From Antedon mediterranea (taxonomy: Eukaryota; Animalia; Echinodermata), in contig NC_092673.1 of the NCBI RefSeq assembly GCF_964355755.1, positions 21,387,648 through 21,451,647 on the forward strand: DNA of 64,000 bases, read 5' to 3'. Position 1 is the stretch's first letter. The number at the start of each line of letters is the position of its first letter. A model generated the notes under the pieces. It saw only the letters and a list, made by a program, of their open reading frames with translations, was not told where the DNA came from and did no database searches. Positions 13,208 to 27,200 of the stretch are shown here, in pieces. The translations under genes were made by a program, and so were the position numbers.

Positions 13208-15275
13208 CTGTGAACACGTATTAATAGAGTTAATATTGAGCTTTCGTTTTCACAACGTACCACGCAACTATACAGCTATTGAGTCTAACAGTCATTCTGA
13301 ACATATGCAGAATTACTTTTTGACTCGCCAGCTACGTACGCAGTCGACCATGAAATAGAAAGTTCGCTAACAATAAAAAGAACTAAAAATATAGAACCCT
13401 TACTTTGTAGCTATAAAAAAAACTTATTGTACAGTGGCAATATTCACCCTTAAAATCATAAAATCTAAGTAAACACCTTAAATAGTTTATTTATTTACTA
13501 AAGGACATAAGCACAATGTACGCAACTTGACCAATCACAAGCAACAGTTTGGATGATTCAGCGCTTGTGATTGGTCAAATTACTTGCGTTGCACTTACGT
13601 TTTTGCGTTGCGCCCTTGTTTGAAGCAAGCTTTAGTAATTAATAAGAGAAATATCTTAATAAGAGAAAAATCGCATTTAAAAGTGTGATTTGTAAATATA
13701 ACCACTAGTATCAAGGTAGTGTTCTTTATATTCAACAAAATAATGTTATTTATGGTTTTTGCTTACTCTCAGTACAGCAGGTAAAAAACTATTTACAATA
13801 TATACTGTTCCAATACCAATTTGTATTTTTTACAAACGTCACCATAAAAGTGAAGGAAAAAACATTATCAAACTTAAGAGATGAATAAAAAAAAATGTCA
13901 ATTAACATTAAATAGAAATAAGTTTACAATAACAATAACGATATATTATATAAAATAAGTTGATTCATATAAAATTTCGTAAAACTTAAATTATATTAAA
14001 TCCGAAAAACTAATCAAAATGGGAATGCATAACCAACCATGCATATAATTAGCATATAATTAGCATTATTTGTATTAGCATATTATTATGTACAAAACAT
14101 ACAACAATTAAATTCAGTTTAAACAAATATTACACACTTTTCTGAATCATATTCTACTGCAATTACTGCAGTACATTTTACTTTTTTTAGTTATTTAATT
14201 GGAGTATTATATGTAATTCTAAGTCAGGTTTCTCCCCTATCCAATACAGTGCTTCCCATCAATGGGATAACCACAATATATCAATATCTATAAAAAGAAA
14301 ACTTGTTTTAAAGGTAAGTCATTTAATTTTTAGTGGAATTTAAGGTTTAAGATGAACCCGATTCATATAAGTTGCTACTGTGATTGTAATTTCCTGCAGT
14401 AACTGCAGAAAAGATTACCCTTAAAAAATCTAAGAATCTATAATCCATCCACTTTTTTTTTTTATTTCTGTCGGTAAATTATTAGCAAACAGGAATTCTG
14501 GGTAACATATTATTACCCATAAATCATCATTACAAAATATCACACATGTACAAACATTTACATTGTAGAAATATATTGTGAAAATTGATGTAATTTCTCA
14601 ATATTGTTGATCTAAAAATCGCATAATATCCACCTGACTCTGATCAAACCAGTTTTACCCACCAATGTTTTGATGGCCAGATAAGGCTATAAATGCTTTT
14701 ATTTTACTATATATTAAACCATCATTTTCCATTTTGAAAAATAGATATGTTTTTTGTTTTCATTGAACAATCTTCAGTTTCTTGATAATATGCTATAAAC
14801 TGTTTTTAATTATATACATCAATTTTGAGATTATTAATATTACTTTGAGTGAACATAAACAATGTATTGACATACATAATTATTATTTCATTTTACACTA
14901 CTTCTTGTTTTTGGATTGCAAACAATTTTTTTTTCCTATTTCAAATAAAAATATTAATACTTGTATTACGATTTTAAGCAATTATTAAAATGTCCTTCCT
15001 ACACATGGTAAATCAAAGTACTAGCCATAACATACCTACTGAAATAAGAGGCTTTAATCGACGTTTTTTATACAAATAATTTAGCTAATATGGCAAGGAA
15101 TTCAATGGTGAAACATGACTCCAGTCATTTCATACATAAAATTCTTTAACATAAATTCAGAAGCATTGTCAACTTAACAAATACTTCCTAAATACATTGA
15201 TCGCAAATCAAAATCTGATAATCTTGGCAATTTGCGAGTTCAAGCAGAAATGACCCAAAATATTACACTATTCAT

Positions 15276-18200
15276 TCAAGTAGCATTTGTAGAAACCTTT
15301 TCTTCTTGTGTTTGATTGGATGGAGGTGCTGGCGTTGACCTTTCACCTGGATTCCAAGGACTTTGATTGGATGAATTAGTATTGGCTCCATTTTCAAAAT
15401 CTTCTTCGGTGTCCATCCCATTGCTAACGTCAAACTGTGTATTCTCAAGACGAGAAATTAATCGCTCGTCTTCATCTCCAAAATCACCGCCCATTAACGA
15501 AGGTTCTCCGACTACCATAACGTCCTACAGGACAAAAACAAATATAGATCATTTTATAAATTTTAAAAAATATATGGTTTTATTATTTTTTTTTTTATTT
15601 TCTTGTTTTAAAGGTAAGTATAGGTAAGGTATAAAGATATTTTATATTGTGTCCTCAAGCTTAACTACAGACAGCAGACAGCAGTGCAGCGCCTACCAGA
15701 TCAGCACACCGGGAGACGATACCCTACTCTTTGTGAATAGTGTACGAAGTTCTTTAATGTGCACTATGTAAACAGGGCCAACGGCTTCACATCTCATCCG
15801 AAGGACAAGGCAATGAGAGTAAAGCATCTTGCCTAAAGATACAGTTAGTATGGTACAGATAGGCTAAAAAATGACATCATCATTACACCATCACTCTCCG
15901 GTATATACAGCACCCGCCATGTATGACCATATATATATTATTTTTTTCAACAATTTTTTTTTAACTCTCTCAAAACTCCTACTATATGGTCCTTATGAAA
16001 AGCAGTCTGAAAATAAAGCCATTTTATTGCAATGGTATTTAATAATAATAATTTAAAATTAGTCTTTACCGTTGGAATTGGTTCTGATGCAGTCATAGTG
16101 TATCCAGCTGGGGACTTCTTTTTACTTGATCCGGTCACAGATCCAGTGAAACCTGTTGCGTTTGACGTTGTAGTTGTTGTTGACATCTTTCTTCTCCTTT
16201 TCTTTGTACTTCTTGTTGGTTCTGAAAAAATTACATTACAAATTCCCTGTAAATATTTGACGATTATCAAGTTTACTGTTGCCATGACAATTTCTGTTCT
16301 GTTCTCATGGTCTATCAGAGTTTTATTCTACATTGTTTTAAAAAATATATATATATTAGGCAAATGGTAGAAGAAGCTGGATCAGTGTAAAGCTCTGTCT
16401 ACACTATCAAACTAATTTGACCAAAAAGGTGTGATATGCCCAAATATGGTAATGATTAGTTTAAATATGGCCATATTTGGGCACATCACATTTTTTTGAC
16501 TCATAAAGTTTGATAGTGTAGACAAAGCTTAAGAAGCAAGTATGTTTGAGGGGTTCAGTCAGTATTATCTCTTTATTTACTATAGTAAAATGATCTGAAT
16601 CTGAAATTATAATTGTATTTAATGCAATAATTTAATATACATCAAGACATTACTGCAGTAATTAGTGTACTGTGGTAATGTATGTAGCTGCAGTATGATA
16701 ATGTTGACAATGAATGGTGGAAATGTGTTTACCTTTTTTGAATGAATTCTCCTTGACAGGCGGTTTGATATCTGTAAATGAAAGGCAAAGTGCAAGCTAC
16801 TGACGTGATATAATAAAGCAATCATGGTATGGGGATGGCTTGGTCTAAAAGCGCAAATCTGTGTTCACACATTGAGCCCTCACAACTCCAGGCTATATCA
16901 TGTTTTTCAATCACTCACATACGCTCTATACGAAATCCGGAATTAATTAATTTAAACAGTTTAACAACCACTTTTCACAATGTTTTATTCAACCACCACA
17001 GGACCGGACTTTGTATGAACGTAGTTTAAATACATACTGACAGATATAAGCAAAATTGAATGTGAAAGCAGATTATACCAAGTGGTAATATTTACAAGGT
17101 TAGATTAGCAAAACCGCTGGGAAAAGTGCCAAAGTGTATGATTGTAATTGATATAGCCAACCAGAAGTGATATCAATTATATATAGTAGTAAAGATTTTA
17201 AATTTCATTTAAATCAAACATGTTTTAAATGATTTAGAAACCAAAATATGTTTACTGCATTTAACTATCAATTAAACTAGTTTAAATAACTGATTAAAGT
17301 TTAATTAATGGCCTTGAACTAAATTTATAATTTCAAAAGTTCTAGTTCCGATATATTTTCTCTCATCAAATTAGTTACCGGATAGAAATAATCTAACAAT
17401 TTGATTTATAATATTAAAAGTAATTTTTAGTACGCTTTTTAATTATTTTATAACATTTTCCTTAAGTTAAATTATGTTGTTGGTAAATTGAACATTTTTC
17501 TATAGAAAGATAGAGTCACTGGGGTTTAGGGAATTCTTGCAACTTAGACCAGGTATGTGTTATCTGCAATACAGAATCTGCACCCAGTCTAGACACAATA
17601 GCTTAAATAGATTAAACAGTGAATGGTATCAGGGCCGTACAGGAACAATCTAAATATTCTACGAAATACCAAATGTAGTGGAAAAGTTAGATGGGTTTAG
17701 AGTGAGTGCTGGGTTGAAATTAAGCTGAATGGAGAGCTATGAAATAGTTATAGAACAGCAGAGATTTGGATGCCTGTTTATCACCTACAAGTATTTATTT
17801 GATGAGTATGAACTTACCTGGTGGCGCTACCATTCGTTGCCATTTCTGGAAAAGTGTTGCTTTGAGACAATCTCTTGGACTAAGGTTATATGCTTTGTGC
17901 CGTGACATCAGCTCCTGCATTGGTTCAAGAATTACACATAACTGCAAGAATAAATCATACATATTCACACATTAACAAATTGATATAATAATAGCAGTAG
18001 AAATACTAATAAGGGGACAACTTCATAACCCAACCAAGTTTCTACTGCAATAGGGTTTCCCAAGGATAGAAGTCCTGGTAAGATTCAACAATGTAAATTC
18101 AAAGTGCGTCTTCTTACTCTGAGATAGTTAAGAGTGAAGTGAGTAAGTCCTTGTCTTGTTACGTTCTTTGAGAGTTGCTCCAACATGGCTGGGTCCTGTA

Positions 18201-21200
18201 AGAATAAAAAAAGAAATCAATGATAACATCACCTAGCAGATAAACATGATTTTACTACCCCTTATGGTTACCTGAGACCATTACACCCATCTCAGCCCTT
18301 TAGGTCTACCTGAGACCATTACACACATCTCAGCCCTTTAGGTCTACCTCAGACCATTACACACATCTCAGCCCTTTAGGTCTACCTCAGACTCTCACAC
18401 CCATCTCAGCCCTTTAGGTCTACCTGAGACCATTACACACATCTCAGCCCTTTAGGTCTACCTCAGACTCTCACACCCATCTCAGCCCTTTAGGTCTACC
18501 TCAGACCATTACACCCATCTCAGCCCTTTAGGTCTACCTCAGACCATTACACACATCTCAGCCCTATAGGTCTACCTCAGACCATTACACCCATCTCAGC
18601 CCTTTAGGTCTACCTCAGACCATTACACCCATCTCAGCCCTTTAGGTCTACCTCAGACCATTACACCCATCTCAGCCCTTTAGGTCTACCTCAGACCATT
18701 ACACCCATCTCAGCCCTTTAGGTCTACCTCAGACTCTTACATCCATCTCAACCCTTTGAGGCTACCTCACACCCTTACATCCATCTCAGCCCTTTAGGGC
18801 CACCTCACACCCTTACATGCATCTCAGCCCCTTAAGGCTACCCAAGAGACCCTTACATCCATCTCAGCCCTTTAGGGCTACCTCACACCCTTACATGCAT
18901 CTCAGCTCCTTAAGGCTACCCAAGAGACCCTTACATGCATCTCAGCTCCTTAAAGCTACCCAAGAGACCCTTACATCCATCTCAGCCCCTTAAGACTACC
19001 TCAGAGACCCTTACATCCATGCCATCCTCTTACCCCTACTGTAAACTACATGTGAATCAACCTTAATGTAGCCTACCTGTACAGATATGACGTTCCGTGC
19101 AATCATCTCTGAATGATTCCTTATTTGGAAATGCCATGACCGAATTCGCATCAAATCATCAAAAGTAAACTCTAATATTAACCTGCCTTCAGTACATATC
19201 TGTAAGACAAATAAATTAAAATTGAATTTCAAGAAAGATGTGTGTGAACAGCATTAAACCCATTTGTCCATGTTTTTATCCATGTTTTTTATCTGCCCAC
19301 CAGGATCTGGGTTCAAAGTTTCTAATCCACTAGCTAAGTCTAAAATTAGACTTGGTTTATAAGTATGATTGGTGGTGAGTTACTTGCTGTTGGATAAGAA
19401 AGGAGGGGGGGGGGGGTGGTGAGAAAGAAAAACCCAGCAGCTTAAAAAGAGAATAAAAATAGTACAAAAGACTTCAATTCAATCAAAGTAAAACCCATTC
19501 TTTCTCTAAACAAAAAATCATAGTATTATGTAAAGTCATTGCACTCGAAAGAAAAAAACAATTAAAATTCATTAAGTCTATTAATATTTGTTGACACTGA
19601 AAATAAAAAATAGTGACTGCACTTGTGATGTTGAAACTGATGTCTATTAAGACAAGCAAGACGTTAATTTAGCTAATTAATTCTGGAAGTTAGTTTGCAA
19701 TCTAACGTTGCATACCCCGTACCAGACTTGTTCCTAAGATAAATTTAAGCTAATGAACTTTCTATTTTATGGGGGTAAAGTGTGAAATATTAATAGGTGC
19801 AAAAAAGTTCCTTGTTGCGCTCAAATAACAACTTGATAGACTTCTTAATTTGTCTGGTGGCACCCTGTCAACACTATATTGTCATTTAATGTTGATCAGC
19901 GGATGTGGCCCATGTACTTGTCAGCTACCGTTCAAAATTCAATAAATATTAATTATATTTTTAATTTAGCTCTCAATCAATGAATTAACCTCTTTTTTTT
20001 ATTTGACTAAAACTTAATTGACTTGTGGTAAGTACTAAAACAATTAAAATTTATTAGGTATAATCTACCTTTGCAGACCAATTCTTTTATGGATCAAAGC
20101 TACTGTAATTACTTTCAATTTTACACAGATAATTGTGTAATATTATTAATAGGTCATAAAAGTCTAGTTTCTTTGTTTTTTTTGCCTAATTAAGGTAAAA
20201 TATAAATTTTATGTTCTAAAAACAAAATTACACACGATAAAGTATATAATTCTATTTTACCAAACAAGCCATCCTTCAAATTAGTTTAAAGATTACTGTA
20301 TAATATTGTAAAATAAAAATTTAAAAAAATAATAATTTGAACAAAGTGGACTATAGATTGAATACAAACATTACAATATAAATGCTGTATTATTTATACA
20401 ACATTGTCTAAGCAGAGATGTAGGAAGGCCTAGTGTTAAACTACAACAACCACAGCGAACAAACAAAAATACAGAATCTTTATTCTCACACAGTCTAACA
20501 TCGTCAAATCGTTGTTGAAAAGAAAGGTAGATACACTAGCCCTGAGTAGCTACTGTACCCAATGGGCTAGTATATTAAATTGAGCCTGGTAAAAAGTAAG
20601 TAAAAAAATAGAATCTTACTAAATATTGATAAACTTAGTAAAACCTTTAAGGTGACAGGAAGTGTGTCAATTTCATTGCTGAGCCAATTTTATACAGCAA
20701 AAATAGCGTTTACAAGACAGCTAACAAAATAATTAAATTAATAATTCTCACTTCAATCTATCAATCTTTATTGAGCCGATTGCCGCCTTTATGCTGTTCC
20801 ATGCTATGTATTTTCCCCCTCTGTTTAGTTCCTGTTATTGTAAAAACCTTTTATGAATGGAATTCTCTAAAGGTTTTTAATAACTTGGATAAACTTTTTA
20901 AAGTTTGTTTTTAATTCTAAGAAAATGCTTTAAAATAAACAAAACCTTCTATAATGTGTGCAGTATTAAAAGTATTTTTTCAAATAAACAATTTTCGAAA
21001 ATCTATGCCATGCATTAAACTAAAATTAAAATTTAAACAGTTTTTCTGCTTTTTTTCCACAAATAAAGATATGAAACTACTATACAACAATTGTCATTGT
21101 GTTTAAGATTGTTGGATACTTTTACTGTAATAATTCTTAATGTGTTTCATATACAGTTACTGAACAATCAAGTTAACTCAAAAATGTATTTTACAGAATC

Positions 21201-24200
21201 AACTTTTAACAATTGTTTCAAAAGACTAGCTGTATGCTAATAGCATGATACTAACACTTAGTAAGACAACTCAATATAACCTGACTATTTGATATAAAAC
21301 ACAATCCTAAACCACTGTTAACAATTAACTACATAATACCCTACGGCGGAAATAATTGCATGTTGGAATTTCTCTTAAACATATTTCTGATTAAAGTCAA
21401 AAACGATAAATACTGTTGCAGTGTAAGTGTCTGCATAGTTCAACACATCTTTTGACACGCATAACAAACAGCCCACAAGACAATTTAACAACAAAATCAA
21501 TGGTTCCTGTTTTCGGTCAAGTAGTGATCAAATTAGTAAAGCTTAGAGAATCGTAGATACAAATTTGGAATGAAATGCATGGGTGGGTGGATGATGGGAG
21601 AAACAAATATCAGTAAGTATCATGGGGTTAAGAATATCGGACCAAAACAAAAGATTACTAAAATTGCTAAGAGGTGCAACTTATTACATTTAATTGAGTA
21701 GTCAAATTCTTGTAATTGATAATAAGGATACTGCCACTGTAATGAACTTGCTTCCACCCTCTTTGCTTAACATTTTATGCAATGTCATTTCATACAAAAC
21801 ATCTCTTTATTAAGTTATTTCATTATTAATTAAGAAACACTCTCACAAAACAAATATGAATGTTAAAATGTACTTGGTCGTATAGTTGTTTAATACAACT
21901 ACTAAATTATTCTTTTTCTCTGAATCATATTACTTGCAAATTTGTTAACATAGCATGGAGTAATTTAGTTTTTCTAAAACTCATACGAAAAAAAAAATAA
22001 ATTGTAAGAAATGAGATTGACTTTATATTATTCAAATAAGTTAACTTAATTGGTTGCCATTTTAATAACAAAAAGTACTTTATTTTCGTAAGTTTGATTA
22101 GATCAACTTTTGGTGTTCCTTTTCTCAATATCGAGTGTTGTATTTAAAATACACTGAAATATCATTACACTCTCCTTTAAGCTCTGTCTACACTATCAAA
22201 CTAGTTTGACAAAAAAAGTGTTATGTGCCCAAATATGGTGGTGATATGCTCAAATATGGTAGTGATGCGCCCAATTAGTAGTGAGATGACATCATCATGT
22301 CCATATATGGGTACATCACATTTTTTTGTCACATAAAGTTTAATAGTATAGACAGAGCTTTAATTAAATATAATAATTGTTATGGGTAGATATCTTTCTT
22401 GTTGGATAATTAGTGCCAAATTCAAAGCATTTTCATGAAAAATCAAATAGTTTCATTTTTGCTGGAAGCTTCTAATGAGCGATACTTGAAACGTTTCTGA
22501 AACATTAATTAAAAGCTGTAAATAAACAGAAAAGTGTACAAATAAAGTATGTCTGGATAAAATATTAACAACTTTCCATTCTAAATAGAATGACATTGCA
22601 CAAAAAATAATATTTCTATATTAAATTCTTTTAATAAAATTATTAACAAAATTGCTTTAAAAGATATTCTAAAGTTGCACTTGCTTTGTTGGTATTTTTT
22701 AAACTATCATTTATTTTAAAAGGTCAATATTTTTGAATAAATAGGGATGGGTTGAAAAAAAAATAAATGTATATTTGTTTTTATCTAACTATGACAACCA
22801 CTTCTAATTATTAGGTTAACCTAAATTTACTATCAATTTTAATTTAATTTGAAAGAATAAATATGTTTTTATATACAGTATTTAAAAGTGCATGGCTAAT
22901 GAATTTAAAATTATTTCTGCGGTTATTTTGTCTGTCTGCACTAAACAGTTCAACAGAATTGAATATGTTTAATCTAATTTATTTAATATCCAAAAAATAA
23001 CGTGGTTTTTCAAAAGTGCATGTGTGAAAAACTAAATACGGCAATTGCAAACGGGATGCAACGACAGTTGAAAAGAACGCAGATATTCGGTGATTTTATT
23101 TCGGCATGATTTCTTCACAATGCCCGAGTAAATTCATGCTGATAGCTAGCACTTGAAATACTTCCGAAAGGATATTATGAGAACCTCACGACAAACTTGC
23201 CAGCTAGTAGATAACTCTCAGGGGAAGTCAGACTACCGAGTTACTCAAAAATAATTAAGCCGGTTTTTTTCACACAAGAAGGGCAATTTGTGATGCTCGG
23301 CGTTGATGGCTAACTGAGTGAAGAGATTGAAATACACAAATAGCAATCATACCTCAACACATTGTAAGAATCAAAATACACTGGATAATTTAACCTACGA
23401 TGCCCTATCACCAATGTCATTTAGGGAGAAGGACTAACCTTTTAACCCTTTTCTTAAATTTCTTTGCATATTGTTAAATTCATTATTAGGCTTTAAGCAT
23501 AATTATATATTCAACATTTATTAATTTGCATATTAAGTTCATTATTAGGGTTTAAGCAAAATTATATATTCAACATTTATTAATTTGCATATTAAGTTCA
23601 TTATTAGGCTTTAAGCAAAATTATATATTCAACATTTATTAATTTGCATATTAAGTTCATTATTAGGCTTTAAGCAAAATTATATATTCAACAATTCACT
23701 ATACAGTAAGCCTAAATTATTATTATCATTATTTAAATAAAGCCTAAATTATTATTATTCTTATCATTTATTTTTTAAATATATTATTATTATTTGTATC
23801 CTAACATCCTAAATTATGGGTAAAAGCAAAATTGAATGTACAGTGAACACATTTCATACATTTTAAGATTTAAATATCGTAAAATTGAAACATTCCTAAT
23901 AAAGGAAAATAACAGAACTAGATTTTGATTGCAATTGAAGTGTTGTTTACTAAAAAACGTTTGATAAACTTAGTAGTTAATCTGGAATTTTGCCAGAGCT
24001 TTAATAACAAGTTATTATTTCAAATAATAATGTCTTAATTGTACTGTAAAAGTAAAACATTAAAACAATTTACCACCAAAATGAATAAACAAAATATCAG
24101 TAAGATTTCATATCAACTGAACAATATAAACATAACATTATGTATGCAAACATATAGAGTAAAAAAAACTAGTAAACTGAACACTCTTTCATCGCCAATT

Positions 24201-27200
24201 TATCAATAATGTACAAGAATTCTTTCTTGGCAAAAATAAATCAGCTTGCCCTTAAAAAACTATAAAACCATGAATTTTGGGAGTGGCTTTTCCTTCTTAA
24301 TTAAACTAGGAAGCGAAACAGTTATATTATTGTTGCCTATAACTTATCAACTCTAAACATTAGCAATGTAGGAAAAGCCACAAGAAGAACAATTAGTATC
24401 TTAAGTGGTCTAAATTAGACCTCATCTTGTTGGGTTGCAGTGCCTATAATTTGTGGTTTTCCTGTTATGTAGTATGGTCTCCCCAATAACTTCAAGGCTA
24501 TATTAATATTCATTCGTAACATGCTTTGATGATCATGTGCTGCAGAGACCCTATAAAGTACCTCATGCATTTTTCAATTATTCTGGCGCTTTAGATTTAA
24601 TCTTTTCTGACGCTAGTGCAAAGCCTGATATTCTCCATTTCTGCTTGTAAGCCAAAATTCATGGTTTTGTACTTTTTTAATATTTGCAACATATTCATTC
24701 CTAATATTTGTGCTCACAGTTCAGTATTCTCAAACAGTTTAAATCTTGCGTTTCATTTTCGACTGTTTACAAACTCCCAGTAGGTTATTCAACTTGTGAA
24801 AATTAGCTGTTTAACAATTTCAAACAAGTTGTACGATGATGGAGAAATGGCATTTAATGGAAAAGCTGAAGGGAGGATGACAGTTAATTTGAATGGCAAA
24901 AATACATTGAAATTGAAGTACTGTACTTCAATTACCTACCATGCATATTAAGTCAACAAGTGGTATTTTAGATGAGAGTGCCATTTTTATATTAGGCCTA
25001 TTTATATTTGAGTCATGCAAATTATATGTTGGTAATTCTTATAGCAATTTTTTTTGCAATTCAATTAAAAATCAATATTTTGTTTTCTTATGATGATTGT
25101 TCAAAAGGACATAGTGAGACACCGAGAAAAACCTAAAGTGAGATGGCACAATGAAATTTCAAAGTCAACTTTGAGAGAGCTTCACACTGTAGAGGGTTGA
25201 AAATGGCAGATTTTTGTTGTATAAAAGCATTTCCATGAAATTCGGTTAAATATCTAATATTATTAATAGTTTTGTTTTTCTAAAACCTTAACATTAATTT
25301 CTACAACAAAAGGGGTTGAGAGATGTCGTAACTAAATTCTGCAGTCGCCATGGGAAAATCTATCAAAGTATAGTTAGAAAAACAAGCCGATCTTACAAAA
25401 ACAGGCTGTCTAGACTGTGTGTACCCCTATTGTTACACTCAGTCCCCTTTTCATTAAGTTTTACCTGTTCAAAGTGCAAAGGCAATGCTCACTTACCATC
25501 CGCACGCAGGTGATAGTATTCCAAATCTATGGGGACATATTTTGTAATGTTTACTTTTCCTCATCAGGTAAATTTTATATTAGTTGAGAAGGCCATTATG
25601 ATGAAAACATTGACTCTTGTCTATTGCTGCATCAGTTTAAAGCCTTCTACTTTATTTATGCAAATAAACATAATTCTTGAATTCTGTCCACATCATGAAG
25701 CTCATATTTCTCACATTTTCCTCCTTTTCTTCCCTTTCTTTCTCCATCTTTTTCTCACATTTTCCTCCTTTTCTTCCCTTTCTTTCTCCGTCTTTTTCTC
25801 ACATCTTCCTCCTTTCTTTTCCATCTTTTTCTCACATCTTCCTCCTTTCTTTTCCATCTTTTTCTCACATCTTCCTCCTTTTCTTTCTTTCTTTTCCATC
25901 TTTTTCTCACATCTTTCTCCTTTTCTTTCTTTCTTTCTCTATCTTTTTCTCACATCTTCCTCCTTTTTTCCCTTTCTTTCTCAATCTTTTTCTCACACCT
26001 TCCTCCTTTTCTTTCTCTATCTTTTTCTCACACCTTCCCCCTTTTCTTTCTTTCTTTTCCATCTTTTTCTCACATCTTCCTCCTTTTCTTCCCTTTCTTT
26101 CTCCGTCTTTTTCTCACATCTTCCTCCTTTCTTTTCCATCTTTTTCTCACATCTTCCTCCTTTCTTTTCCATCTTTTTCTCACATCTTCCTCCTTTTCTT
26201 TCTTTCTTTTCCATCTTTTTCTCACATCTTTCTCCTTTTCTTTCTTTCTTTCTCAATCTTTTTCTCACACCTTCCTCCTTTTCTTTCTCTATCTTTTTCT
26301 CACATCTTCCTCCTTTTCTTTCTCTATCCTTTTCTCACATCTTTCTCCTTTTTTCTCTTTCTTTCTCAATCTTTTTCTCACATCTTCCTCCTTTTTTCCC
26401 TTTCTTTCTCTATCTTTTTCTCACATCTTCCTCCTTTTTTCCCTTTCTTTCTCAATCTTTTTCTCACACCTTCTTCCTTTTCTTTCTCAATCTTTTTCTC
26501 ACACCTTCCTCCTTTTCTTTCTCTATCCTTTTCTCACATCTTCCTTCTTTTTTCCTTTCTTTTTCTCACATCTGCCTCATTTTCTTTCTTTATCTTTTTC
26601 GCACACCTTTCTACTTTTCTTTCTTCATCTTTTTCTCACATCTCCATCTTTTCTTTTCTTCTCCATCTTTCTTTAATGTACGTAATTTTCCTCCATATTT
26701 CTCTATTATCTCCAATTCACACACAATTAAACACAATATCTTTGTAATCCTTTTACTTCCTGCAAATTTGAGCAAATTGTTTGAAAAATTGTCAAAGTTT
26801 ATCAGTTGCGTTGTTGCACATTATGCAATTAATATAAATTCAAAATGGAAATCCCTCAATTTACTTTCGATAAAAATCGCTGGAAGACGCAGTCTTACTT
26901 TATTAAACGCACCATGTGTAACAATTATCAAACGCCTGTGTACCCTGTACCAATGATAGCTATGGTGACAAGCTTTGCAAAAAAAATATTAAAATAATGA
27001 CATTATTCGGACAAATTGTAATTAACTTTTAAAACAAACAGTCTACCTGCTTCATGAAATGAAACCTGAACAATTCAATTAAAAAATTTACCTGTTTTCG
27101 TGTTATACATCCGTAGTCCGCAGCCTTTGGGGAATACGTACAACATGTTTCTATTTAGATTCTCCTTTACAAGATTAACTAAGGTCTTATCTAAGTGTGA

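Noticed and set aside
15367-16370. Plus-strand ORFs 15367-15627 and 16032-16370 (likewise 17766, 60530, 60853, 61984, 62051)
   Set aside because: Antisense shadows of real LDB or MARCHF5 exons.
25529-26956. 475-aa and 356-aa Phe/Ser/Leu-rich ORFs and the Lys/Glu-rich antisense ORFs
   Set aside because: Artefacts of a pyrimidine-only minisatellite that lacks stop codons.
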